Below, one piece after another: positions 34,753 to 43,785 of a stretch of DNA of 64,000 nucleotides (the stretch's first letter is position 1; each line of letters starts with the position of its first letter). Origin of the DNA: Patescibacteria group bacterium (GTDB lineage Bacteria; Patescibacteriota; Microgenomatia; UBA10105; UBA927); the NCBI GenBank assembly GCA_035510735.1, contig DATKGN010000013.1, positions 192,596 through 256,595 of the forward strand. Reading direction: 5' to 3'. The notes beneath the pieces are model-generated. The model ran no database searches. It had not been told where the DNA came from and saw only the letters and a list, made by a program, of their open reading frames with translations. The translations under genes and the position numbers were made by a program.

Positions 34753-35730
34753 ATGTTAGTCGATAATATCAACCTCACGATCAAAGCCGGAAACGGCGGC
34801 AGCGGCTCAGGACACCTCAGGCGGGATGGCCAGACGGCCAAGGGCGGCCCGGACGGCGGAAACGGTGGTAATGGCGGTAATATCTATTTTCAAGGCTCAC
34901 ACAACGTTACAGACCTCCGTGAATTCCGCTACAAAAAGAAGATTGAGGCGGAAAACGGCACGGATGGTAAAAAGCAGAAAATGTTCGGCAAGAACGCCCC
35001 CAACGTCACGACGGTTGTCCCTCTGGGGACCCGGATCACTGATCTCAAAACGAAGGCTATCGTTGAAATTACGGATACGACTTCGATACTGTTCGCGCGC
35101 GGCGGGAAGGGTGGACGGGGCAACGTTGAATTTAAATCATCTACCAACCAGACGCCGACAAATTTCGACGTCGGAGAAAAGGGAGAGGAAAAATATCTGT
35201 TCCTAGAACTCCGGCTCATTGCGGAAATCGGTCTCATCGGACTTCCGAACGCCGGGAAAAGTAGCCTTCTCACTGTATTAACGAACGCCACACCAGCAAT
35301 CGGCGCCTATCCGTTTACGACGCTCGAACCCACGATCGGCATGCTGGGAACTCATCCCATCGCCGACATCCCCGGACTCATTGAGGGAGCATCAAAAGGC
35401 AAAGGCCTGGGAATAGATTTCCTACGGCATATCGAGAAAACAAAAATCCTCCTACATTGCCTCGACGTTACAAGTGCCGACCCGCAACAGGCGTATAACA
35501 CAATACGGGAAGAATTTAGGGCGTTTGATCCCCTCTTGTTGGATAAACCTGAATACATAGTCCTCACGAAAACTGATCTAACTGACGTTGATACGATTAA
35601 AAAAGTCACGAAACTCTTCACCAAAGCAAAAAAACACGTGCTGGCCTCTTCGGTGTATGATGAAAAAACGGTGGAAGCGCTCAAAAAAACGCTCGCTAAA
35701 CTTCTGACAGCAACAACTGCGGCGGTATGA
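34753..35730 (+). CDS. obg: GTPase Obg (N-terminal Obg fold + G domain, no C-terminal OCT domain)
   Basis: Gly-rich GGSGSGHLRRDGQTAKGGPDGGNGGNGG, G1 GLIGLPNAGKSSLL, G4 TKTD. Confidence 0.9.
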   Translation: MLVDNINLTIKAGNGGSGSGHLRRDGQTAKGGPDGGNGGNGGNIYFQGSHNVTDLREFRYKKKIEAENGTDGKKQKMFGKNAPNVTTVVPLGTRITDLKTKAIVEITDTTSILFARGGKGGRGNVEFKSSTNQTPTNFDVGEKGEEKYLFLELRLIAEIGLIGLPNAGKSSLLTVLTNATPAIGAYPFTTLEPTIGMLGTHPIADIPGLIEGASKGKGLGIDFLRHIEKTKILLHCLDVTSADPQQAYNTIREEFRAFDPLLLDKPEYIVLTKTDLTDVDTIKKVTKLFTKAKKHVLASSVYDEKTVEALKKTLAKLLTATTAAV

Positions 35731-36203
35731 AACAACTATTTTTGAAAAAAGAACCAAGAATTCCGTTTACCAAAGAGGGCTATCAAAAACTGATTGAAGA
35801 AAAAGCAAGCCTGACTGCACAAAGACCTGATGCTGTTGAGCATCTGCGGCTTGCACGGAATATGGGTGATCTTTCCGAAAACGGCTACTACAAAGCATCG
35901 CGCCAAAAATTGTCCTTCATAGATTCCAGAATCCGCCGGGTTGAACGCTTAATCCGACTTGCGGTGATTGTTGAATCGACACATGGCGGTATGGTTGATA
36001 TAGGAAGCGTCGTAACGGTATCAGATGGAACAAACACGTCGCAATATTCAATTGTCGGAGGCTATGAATCAGATCCTTCAAAAAAAACAATTTCACATAT
36101 TTCCCCCTTAGGAAAAGCACTTATGAGTAAAAAACAAAACGATGTTGTTGAGGTCAGAGCCCCTTCGGGGATTAAAAAATACAGAATTCTCATAATTAGC
36201 TAA
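35727..36203 (+). CDS. greA: transcription elongation factor GreA
   Basis: ARNMGDLSENGYYKASRQKLSFIDSRIRRVERLI coiled-coil plus C-terminal FKBP-like domain; 4-bp overlap with obg. Confidence 0.85.
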   Translation: MKQLFLKKEPRIPFTKEGYQKLIEEKASLTAQRPDAVEHLRLARNMGDLSENGYYKASRQKLSFIDSRIRRVERLIRLAVIVESTHGGMVDIGSVVTVSDGTNTSQYSIVGGYESDPSKKTISHISPLGKALMSKKQNDVVEVRAPSGIKKYRILIIS

Positions 36204-36205
36204 TG

Positions 36206-37090
36206 CTATTCGGGCAAATACAGACTTTTACCTTTCTTCACAACTAACCCGTCTTTTATAAGGCTCCCGATAATTGATTGGAGAAACTGCCGGGGTTTAC
36301 CGTATTTTTTTATCAAGTTTGTAATGAGCTGATCCTCACCGATTTTATCTTGACGGAGAATATCAATAATGCGACCGCGGTAAAAACGGTTGGATTCCTT
36401 GAAGGGAATTGATTTCTTCTTTTCTGCTGTTCTGCCTATTCGCCTCATCGGCGGATGGATCTTCTTTAACTTAGAAGATCCAAAGTCCATAAGCGCCTGG
36501 TGCCACTCCCAGGATTTCCCTACGGGCACCAATTGGTCGGCCGCAGCCTGAATAACCGCCGGTTTCTGTGGTTTATCTCTAAAAAAGAAATGCGTAATGA
36601 TTTGACGTATGTTTGTGTCGACCATAGCGACATTTTGTCGATAAGCGAACACCATAATTGCTCGAGCAGTATATATACCCAATCCGGGGAGTTTAGTAAG
36701 TGACTCCTCATCTTTTGGAAAAATTCCATGGTAAATCCTGACAACTTCCTGCGCAGTCTTATAGAGATACAGCGCCCGGCGGTTATATCCCATCCCCTTC
36801 CAGATCCGCAAAACATCACCAGGAGAGGCTTTTGCAAGGTCATATACTGTCGGGTACCGTTCGATAAACTCACGGTACTTCGGGAGGACCCGAAGTACCT
36901 GCGTCTGCTGGAGCATCACTTCAGAAACGAGAATTTTATACGGATCGTTCGTACGCCGCCACGGGAGGTCGCGGCGATTGGTTTTCCACCAGGAAAAAAT
37001 GAATCGTTGAAATTCATCCATCCGCTTTGTTGGTATATTCATTGCCGATAATACTAACAGAGACTCTCCGATAATGGAAAGTCTCTGCAT
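36206..37090 (-). CDS. HhH-GPD DNA glycosylase, MutY/Nth-like (no Fe-S cysteines)
   Basis: LPWRRTNDPYKILVSEVMLQQTQV...LPGLGIYTARAIM; the C-terminal part lacks the Cx6Cx2Cx5C cluster. Confidence 0.7.
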   Translation of the reverse strand: MQRLSIIGESLLVLSAMNIPTKRMDEFQRFIFSWWKTNRRDLPWRRTNDPYKILVSEVMLQQTQVLRVLPKYREFIERYPTVYDLAKASPGDVLRIWKGMGYNRRALYLYKTAQEVVRIYHGIFPKDEESLTKLPGLGIYTARAIMVFAYRQNVAMVDTNIRQIITHFFFRDKPQKPAVIQAAADQLVPVGKSWEWHQALMDFGSSKLKKIHPPMRRIGRTAEKKKSIPFKESNRFYRGRIIDILRQDKIGEDQLITNLIKKYGKPRQFLQSIIGSLIKDGLVVKKGKSLYLPE

Positions 37091-37122
37091 TTTAACTAAG
37101 TAACCAACTAACTAAATAACTA

Positions 37123-37821
37123 TTACGGCGTCGGTGTGACCGTTGGTGTAACAGTTGCTTTCACCGGCAGACTGAAGTCTCTGACTTCCGTTACTTCTGT
37201 TATAGTGCTTGAAGTCCTATCCCACAAACCCCGAACGCGGATCTTATGGCCGACTGCAATGTCGGACTGTGCAAGTGTTCCGCCCTTACGATCCTTAAAC
37301 TTTGTTGTCGATGACACAGTCACCGTCTGATTACCGCGCTCGACGGTTGTCATCGTCCAGCCTGAACTTGTGAGTGATTGAACGGTTCCGAAAAATACCC
37401 CGTTATACTTCTGTATCGATACATCGCGGACCAGTTTCGCCTGGATTGTCGTGTTTGTACTGTCCGTCCAGGTTCCGTACACATTCACCGTATCGCCAAC
37501 CTGCATTTCAGTTATGGATCCTTTTCCCCAATATCTGCGACGATCCTGTGTGTTTCCATCGGTAAGAACCGTATACGTTTTGCCGTTTTGACTAACGGTG
37601 AGCGTTGTACCATTAATTCCCGTGATACTTGCTCCAATTAAGGAAGCGTGGGTTTGCAAAAATGTTCTGATTTTCCCGCCTGCTGTCGCAAAATTTTTTC
37701 CGATGCCTTCACCAACAGCCCGTAAAAACGGGTGCCCCATAGCTGCAAAAGCTGGGGTAGCCGTCGTAAGACCAAACCCGAGTAGAATCATTATCCAAAA
37801 TATCTGCATTTTTTGTTTCAT
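37123..37821 (-). CDS. secreted hypothetical protein with TVTPTVTPTP C-terminal tail
   Basis: RBS AAGGAG then a signal peptide MKQKMQIFWIMILLGFGLTTATPAFA. Confidence 0.5.
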   Translation of the reverse strand: MKQKMQIFWIMILLGFGLTTATPAFAAMGHPFLRAVGEGIGKNFATAGGKIRTFLQTHASLIGASITGINGTTLTVSQNGKTYTVLTDGNTQDRRRYWGKGSITEMQVGDTVNVYGTWTDSTNTTIQAKLVRDVSIQKYNGVFFGTVQSLTSSGWTMTTVERGNQTVTVSSTTKFKDRKGGTLAQSDIAVGHKIRVRGLWDRTSSTITEVTEVRDFSLPVKATVTPTVTPTP

Positions 37822-37859
37822 AGTTGTTCTCCTTTAGTACTATATATAGTACGCATAAA

Positions 37860-37892
37860 CCGCCAATAAAGTTTCATCAGGTTTATTGGGCG
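37860..37892 (-). terminator. hairpin CGCCAATAAA-N11-TTTATTGGGCG overlapping the stop of CDS 37883..38368
   Basis: 10-bp stem with one bulge, followed on the minus strand by TTTATG. Confidence 0.3.
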
Positions 37893-38368
37893 GGACTATA
37901 CGTAACGGTAAAATCTTTTTCTGCGTAAGAGCCGTTTGAATCGTTTGCCGTGACGGTAACAATGTTATCTCCCTCATCCAGCGACACCTGGGCCGTAAAG
38001 TTACCTCCGGCATCTGCGGTCACTTCCGTATCATTAACAAAGATATCAGCCGCCGGAACCGTATGACCTTTGACAACAACACTTGCGACTGTCACGGTGC
38101 TTTTATCCGAAGGACTTGTTAGAGCAAGAGTGATCTGTGAAACAGCCGGAATCGGCGACGGCAATGGTTTCGCTGTCGGTATCGTCGTGACCGGTGCACC
38201 CTGATTATTTTGCGTAGTACCCTGTTGCGTCATGCTCGTTGGCGTTTCTCCCTGAGTCATACCCGTTGAAGATGCCATTTGTTGCAATTTGTTCCGGCTG
38301 TAGAGATAATATCCAGCACCTCCGGCAACAAGAACAACGAGTAATGCAATAATAATCGTCTGTTTCAT
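37883..38368 (-). CDS. membrane-anchored hypothetical protein with beta-rich (Ig-like) ectodomain
   Basis: N-terminal TM segment, Thr/Gln-rich linker, VTVASVVVKGHTVPAADIFVNDTEVTADAGGNFTAQVSL. Confidence 0.45.
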   Translation of the reverse strand: MKQTIIIALLVVLVAGGAGYYLYSRNKLQQMASSTGMTQGETPTSMTQQGTTQNNQGAPVTTIPTAKPLPSPIPAVSQITLALTSPSDKSTVTVASVVVKGHTVPAADIFVNDTEVTADAGGNFTAQVSLDEGDNIVTVTANDSNGSYAEKDFTVTYSPAQ

Positions 38369-38398
38369 ACGTACCTCTATGTACTAGTGTAATCAATA

Positions 38399-38776
38399 TT
38401 ACACATATTTATCAAGTTGTCGGCGTTTTTCGCGAATTAGTTTCCTTTTATTACCCGTAAATACCCATAGAATAATAAGCAGGAAAATCGCTATGGCTCC
38501 CAATAACAAATAGTTTTGCGGTACTCCCTGCCAAAAAATCCACAGCGTGTCCCGCCAATAGGATGCAATGATCTCAGGATCCTGAGTAAAGATGCTAAGA
38601 AGTGACCAGCTTTGTTCTGTGGATAGCACGCTTATGATTGCCCACAAAATGGAAAGCGTTATGATAACGAGGATGGCCATAGAGACAATAAAACGCCGCT
38701 GCCATGAGTCGGTATTTTTCCGCTCGAACCGGACCACCCGGTCCATGACCGGTTTTGTAATATCAGGTGTTTTCTT
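38399..38776 (-). CDS. putative anti-sigma factor-like membrane protein
   Basis: MKKTPDITKPVMDRVVRFERK... followed by two TM segments. It overlaps the ECF sigma gene stop, giving an operon. Confidence 0.4.
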   Translation of the reverse strand, partial: KKTPDITKPVMDRVVRFERKNTDSWQRRFIVSMAILVIITLSILWAIISVLSTEQSWSLLSIFTQDPEIIASYWRDTLWIFWQGVPQNYLLLGAIAIFLLIILWVFTGNKRKLIREKRRQLDKYV

Positions 38777-39317
38777 CATAATGTAATTTTTTCCGTAACG
38801 CAACCTTTGCGCGTTTAAGATGGGTCCGAACCGTATTGACGGGAATATGTAATTCCCTACTGACTTCTTCATACGACAATTCATGAAAATAGTAAAGAGT
38901 GATGACCCGTTTATATTTTTGAGGCAAATGTGAAACGGCAAGCTTCACGGACGCAATCCTGTCCGAACGGAATATCTGCTCGATAAATGGTTCATCATCC
39001 TCTATATCCACAATCTCCTCCAAGGATACGGTTGCCTTTTTTGATCGAATTGCCGAGAAAGCTGTGTTTTTCGCAATTTCAAACATATATGTCGAAAATT
39101 TTCTCTCAGGGTCAACACGGCTAATATGACGATATACGTTAAACAATGCGTCCTGGACGACTTCAGAGGCCACAGCCTCATCGTGAACGATCCGCATGAC
39201 GAAGACAAAAAGCCCACGCTGATAGCGTACGACCAGTTTCTCATAGGCAATGATATTGCCCTTTTGTATGGCTACTACGAGCTCGCGATCGTTTGTCTCA
39301 TACATACGTGAAGCCAA
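38763..39317 (-). CDS. RNA polymerase sigma-70 factor, ECF subfamily
   Basis: Region 2 VVRYQRGLFVFVMRIVHDEAVASEVVQDALFNVY and region 4 LSYEEVSRELHIPVNTVRTHLKRAK. Confidence 0.85.
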   Translation of the reverse strand: MASRMYETNDRELVVAIQKGNIIAYEKLVVRYQRGLFVFVMRIVHDEAVASEVVQDALFNVYRHISRVDPERKFSTYMFEIAKNTAFSAIRSKKATVSLEEIVDIEDDEPFIEQIFRSDRIASVKLAVSHLPQKYKRVITLYYFHELSYEEVSRELHIPVNTVRTHLKRAKVALRKKLHYEENT

Positions 39318-39335
39318 TTATAGTACAATAAGGCC

Positions 39336-40196
39336 ATGAAAACTGGTGTTGTCGCAATCATCGGTCGGCCGAACGTCGGCAAATCAACGCTTCTCAATCA
39401 TATATTGGGACACAAAGTGTCTATCACGTCGCCGAAGCCGCAGACGACGCGGTTTAACATCCAGGCGGTCTATGAGGATGAACGCGGTCAGATACTGTTT
39501 GTCGACACGCCGGGCGTATTCGGAAAAATTGATGACCCATTGGGCAAGCGCATCAATCTGCAGGCTGAAGAATCACTCGCAGGAGGCGTTGATCTGGTCA
39601 TCTACATGATTGATCACACACGGGAGCGGGATTTTGAAGAGAATAAAACGCTTGGTATCGTGAGAAAAGCGAAAGTACCGAAAATTTTAGTAATCAATAA
39701 GATTGATGTCAAAGAACCAACGCACATCATCCAATACAAATTCATGGAAGAAGAGTTTGATGCCGTCGTTGAAGTCTCGGCTCTCGAACATAAAAACATT
39801 CCAACACTCCTTGACACGATATTTTCATTTTTGAAAGAGGGCGAACCGATTGTTGATACAAAAACACTCACACAACCGGCACTCAACCTCGATAGCAAGA
39901 TGTTCGTCGCAGAAATTATACGGGAAAAGGCATATTTATTTCTCCGCCGCGAAGTGCCCTATACGTTAACCACGGTTGTCGACGAAACAACCGAACGTAC
40001 AAACGGTAATTTGTATATCCGCGCAAGAATTTTAACTTCGGCGGACCGATATAAAGCGATGATCGTGGGCAAAGGCGGCGTGATGATCAAAGAAATCAGT
40101 ATGGCCGCACGGAAAGAACTGGAAACCGCGACAAACAAAAAAGTATATCTGGAGCTCACCGTGGAAACCGATCCACACTGGATAGACCTAATGTAA
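39336..40196 (+). CDS. era: GTPase Era
   Basis: G1 GRPNVGKSTLLN, G3 DTPG, G4 NKID, C-terminal KH domain. Confidence 0.9.
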   Translation: MKTGVVAIIGRPNVGKSTLLNHILGHKVSITSPKPQTTRFNIQAVYEDERGQILFVDTPGVFGKIDDPLGKRINLQAEESLAGGVDLVIYMIDHTRERDFEENKTLGIVRKAKVPKILVINKIDVKEPTHIIQYKFMEEEFDAVVEVSALEHKNIPTLLDTIFSFLKEGEPIVDTKTLTQPALNLDSKMFVAEIIREKAYLFLRREVPYTLTTVVDETTERTNGNLYIRARILTSADRYKAMIVGKGGVMIKEISMAARKELETATNKKVYLELTVETDPHWIDLM

Positions 40197-40241
40197 TAGA
40201 TAAGACTGCAACGCAGGTTACTTGGTTAATTGGTTACTTTG

Positions 40242-41675
40242 TTATTTGGTTGTTAGTCGTTTTAGCGTTTCGTCTTTTCCCAGTATTTCCAATGATTCAA
40301 GAAGCGGCGGACCGACAGTTTTACCCGTAACCGCAACCCGAAGCTCCATAAATACATCCTTTGCCTTAACATTCCCCTTCTCTGCGGCCTCCCTAATGGA
40401 TTTCTCCATCGCATCATGATTCCAATCACAGTTATTTAAAGCATCTCTTCCAATTTTTAATGCGCTTTCCTGTAATGGCCGCTCTAATTCGCGGGGCCGC
40501 TCAAAGAAAAAGCCTGCAAGAGATTTAAACTCCGATAACAGTTTCATGCGGTCTTTAATTAGCGGTAATATATTTATAAGAAGTGCATCATCTAACTTCT
40601 CATCCGTATAGAAATTTTTAATCAGATCTTTTATCTCTGCGTCTGACTTCATCCGTAAATACTCCCCGTTCATCCAACGTAGTTTCTCCGTATCAAATAT
40701 TGGCGCTGTTGTCTGGACTGCTTCGAGCGTGAACTTTTGTGTCATCTCCAAAACCGTGAATATATCTTTCCCTCCGGGATAGGCCCATGCCATGGTGGCC
40801 AAATAATTTTTTATTGCCTCCGGTAAATATCCTTTTGTTTTGTAGTCGGAAACCCACACAGGATTTTTCCGTTTACTAAGCTTACTTTTATCGGGATTTC
40901 GAAGCAATGATGCATGGGCAAACTGCGGAAGTTCCCATCCGAAAAATTGATAGAGGAGTATGTGCTTCGGTGTCGACGAAATCCACTCTTCACCCCGTAT
41001 GATATGAGTAATTTTCATGATATGGTCGTCAACAACGACCCCAAGGTGATAGGTGGGAAATCCATCCGATTTCAGAAGTACCTGATCGTCAATCAGTTTA
41101 TTTTCAAATGAAATATCGCCCCGGATTATATCGTGAAAGGTCGATACTCCGTCATCGGGAACATTAAGACGGATGACATGCTTTTCCCCGCCTGCGGCCC
41201 GCTTTTTCGCTTCTTTTGGATCCAATTTTTTGCACAAACCGTCATACATGGGGGGCAAGTGCTTCGCCTCCTGATCTTGCCGCATCTCTGCCAACCGTTC
41301 GGGAGTGCAAAAACAGTAATATGCATGACCTTTTGCTATCAGCTCTTCTGCATATTTTTTATAAATATCCAATCGTTCTGACTGACGATATGGAGCATAC
41401 GGACCGCCATTATCCGGCCCTTCGTCATGAGGAATCCCCAACCAGCGGAGTGATTCGAGAATCCGCGCTTCAGACCCTTCAACAAACCTTGTTCGATCAG
41501 TATCCTCTATTCGGATGATGAATTGGCCGTTATTTTTCTTCGCAAAAACATAATTGATAAGCGCAGTATAGGCATTTCCGATATGAAGATCCTGACCTGT
41601 CGGCGAAGGAGCGATGCGTGTGCGGACAATTGACATAACAAGATTGATTCTACCATCTGAGCCACGTATACTCAA
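40242..41675 (-). CDS. gltX: glutamate--tRNA ligase
   Basis: HIGH motif TRIAPSPTGQDLHIGNAYTAL and KMSKS-like LSKRKNP. The true start may be MSIVRT at about 41636. Confidence 0.9.
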   Translation of the reverse strand: MSIRGSDGRINLVMSIVRTRIAPSPTGQDLHIGNAYTALINYVFAKKNNGQFIIRIEDTDRTRFVEGSEARILESLRWLGIPHDEGPDNGGPYAPYRQSERLDIYKKYAEELIAKGHAYYCFCTPERLAEMRQDQEAKHLPPMYDGLCKKLDPKEAKKRAAGGEKHVIRLNVPDDGVSTFHDIIRGDISFENKLIDDQVLLKSDGFPTYHLGVVVDDHIMKITHIIRGEEWISSTPKHILLYQFFGWELPQFAHASLLRNPDKSKLSKRKNPVWVSDYKTKGYLPEAIKNYLATMAWAYPGGKDIFTVLEMTQKFTLEAVQTTAPIFDTEKLRWMNGEYLRMKSDAEIKDLIKNFYTDEKLDDALLINILPLIKDRMKLLSEFKSLAGFFFERPRELERPLQESALKIGRDALNNCDWNHDAMEKSIREAAEKGNVKAKDVFMELRVAVTGKTVGPPLLESLEILGKDETLKRLTTK

Positions 41676-41695
41676 AGTATAAGTTGTTATCCGCT

Positions 41696-41745
41696 AAACG
41701 TTAACCGTTAACCGCGATTAACCGTTTAACGATTAGCGCTTAACG
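41696..41745. repeat. cluster of TTAACCG/TTAACG repeats in the gltX divergent promoter region
   Basis: aaacgTTAACCGTTAACCGcgaTTAACCGttTAACGattagcgcTTAACGatg. Confidence 0.3.
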
Positions 41746-42810
41746 ATGCAAAATATGTCTTCCCTGACCGAGACAGCGTATTACACACGACGTGCAGTTA
41801 ATTGGACCATTTTGGGTGTTATCGCCTACTTTGTCCTTCGCATTCTCTGGAGCATAATCGTTATTATTTGGCTCATGATTTTCCCGCCCCAACAGGCTTT
41901 GCCTAATCATGCCTTCGGAAGACTTCCTGCTCTTCAATTTCCGACCCAGGCAACTCCATCCGCACAGATCAGCTATACACTACAAACGATTGAAGGATCG
42001 GTGCCAACTGCATCGTCATCTGCCACCGTCTATTTCATGCCTAAAAGTGCAGCTAACCTTCTTGCCCTGACCAACACTGAGGATTTTGCCACAAAAATGC
42101 AGTTTGACCCGACTCCGATCCAGGAAAGCAAAAACATCTACCGTTTTAACGACGCAGATTACCCGCTTCGAAGCCTACGATATGATATCGTTTCTTCTAA
42201 TTTCATCGTCCGGTATACATTTGAGCGCGATTTGTCCATCTTTACCGAAAAAAATCTACCAGACGACAACGGGGCAAAAACGGAAGCCACTACACTCCTT
42301 GAATCAAATGGTTTATATCCAAGCGACTTCAACGGCGGACCGATCACCGTATCTTATCTCAAACTAAGCGGCATTCAGTTAGCTCCGGGGCGAAGTCTAT
42401 CTGATAGCGATGCGTTACGGGTTGATTTTTTTAGAAACTTAATCGGCGACACCCCTGTAGTTGCACCAATTCCGGATGAAGGACCAATATCTATTATAAT
42501 ATCGGGATCATCAAACCCACGAAAACGCATTATACAGTTTGCCTATACCTATTGGCCGATTGATTATCAGACAACGGCGACATATCCTCTCATTACGAGC
42601 TCACAGGCTTGGAGTGAACTACAACAAGGTCAAGGATATATCGCACACTATCCGGATAATACTACCACAGCTGTAGTACGAAACGTCTATTTAGCTTACT
42701 ATGACACGTACGATCCACAAACATATCTGCAGCCGGTTTTCGTATTCTCGGGGGATAATAATTTTATTGCATACGTCCCGGCGGTGATGTCCGATTGGAT
42801 AGAACAATAA
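41746..42810 (+). CDS. membrane-anchored hypothetical protein (extracytoplasmic domain)
   Basis: 354 aa with one N-terminal TM segment (WTILGVIAYFVLRILWSIIVIIWLMIF). Confidence 0.45.
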   Translation: MQNMSSLTETAYYTRRAVNWTILGVIAYFVLRILWSIIVIIWLMIFPPQQALPNHAFGRLPALQFPTQATPSAQISYTLQTIEGSVPTASSSATVYFMPKSAANLLALTNTEDFATKMQFDPTPIQESKNIYRFNDADYPLRSLRYDIVSSNFIVRYTFERDLSIFTEKNLPDDNGAKTEATTLLESNGLYPSDFNGGPITVSYLKLSGIQLAPGRSLSDSDALRVDFFRNLIGDTPVVAPIPDEGPISIIISGSSNPRKRIIQFAYTYWPIDYQTTATYPLITSSQAWSELQQGQGYIAHYPDNTTTAVVRNVYLAYYDTYDPQTYLQPVFVFSGDNNFIAYVPAVMSDWIEQ

Positions 42811-43785
42811 TTACTGACTTTGACCGTAGGGCACCCACTGGTAATTTGCGAATATCCAGTTAATAAGCTTCTCTGTGTCACCGAACCGGTCCTGACTGTG
42901 TAAAACCACCGTAATCACTTTATGACCATTACGGTCAACGAGTGTCATCAAATTTTCTCCGGCTTCCTCGGTCCAACCGGTTTTTATACCCCCAACACCA
43001 GGGATTTTCCCCAACAGTTCGTTCACATTTTTCAGTGGATAAAAATACGTATGGGTAACGTCTGAGATGGTAATTTCAGGGATTGCAACCATTTTTGCGA
43101 TGGTTTTATTTTGGAGCGCTACACTTCCTAAATGTGCTAAATCGATGGGCGTCATTTTATGGTTAGGATCATCAAAACCTACAGGATTTGTGAATGTGCT
43201 GTGATCGAGATGTAACGCTTGCGCCTTCTTATTCATAGCGTCAACAAATGCCGGCTCTCCACCGGGATAATGGTCGGCAATCGCCCATGCAGCATCGTTA
43301 CCGGAATAAATAAGAGCGCCGTAGAGTAAATTTTCGACCGTCATTTGCTCCCCGGGAACAAGCCCCATCACCTGTCCGTCAACCGTCGCCGTTTTTATAG
43401 TTACAACATCATCGAGATTATATGAGTCCAGTGCAACAAGTGCGGTCAAAATTTTCGTTGTCGATGCGGGAGATAGCGAAACATCGGCATTTCGTTTATA
43501 CATAAACACTCCAGAATTTATATCCAAAACGACAACACCGGTAGCTGTCACTTCACTCCCTGGATATACACCCGTACTATTTGTCGGGTACGGTGCGGGG
43601 GTGGGCACATTAAGCGATACGGTAGGATTTGAGATCGGTTCTGCAAGTTTTCCGATGGTATAAATATTTTGCCCCGGGCTCAACAGAATAAATATTCCTA
43701 CAAAGATAAGGAAGAGTATTTTATCCCAGTTGGTTATAAACCAAGGGATTTTCTGTACAGATGCTCTTTTTTTCTTCTTAGCCAT
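42811..43785 (-). CDS. D-alanyl-D-alanine carboxypeptidase (serine-type, PBP5/6-like)
   Basis: SxxK SPASTTKI, SxN YSGNDAA, KTG KTGWT. N-terminal membrane anchor. Confidence 0.8.
   Translation of the reverse strand: MAKKKKRASVQKIPWFITNWDKILFLIFVGIFILLSPGQNIYTIGKLAEPISNPTVSLNVPTPAPYPTNSTGVYPGSEVTATGVVVLDINSGVFMYKRNADVSLSPASTTKILTALVALDSYNLDDVVTIKTATVDGQVMGLVPGEQMTVENLLYGALIYSGNDAAWAIADHYPGGEPAFVDAMNKKAQALHLDHSTFTNPVGFDDPNHKMTPIDLAHLGSVALQNKTIAKMVAIPEITISDVTHTYFYPLKNVNELLGKIPGVGGIKTGWTEEAGENLMTLVDRNGHKVITVVLHSQDRFGDTEKLINWIFANYQWVPYGQSQ

Noticed and set aside
40197-40241. GGTTACTT/GGTTAATT/GGTTATTT direct repeats between era and gltX
   Set aside because: A short AT-rich convergent-terminator spacer with low-complexity repeats and no stem-loop or coding potential.
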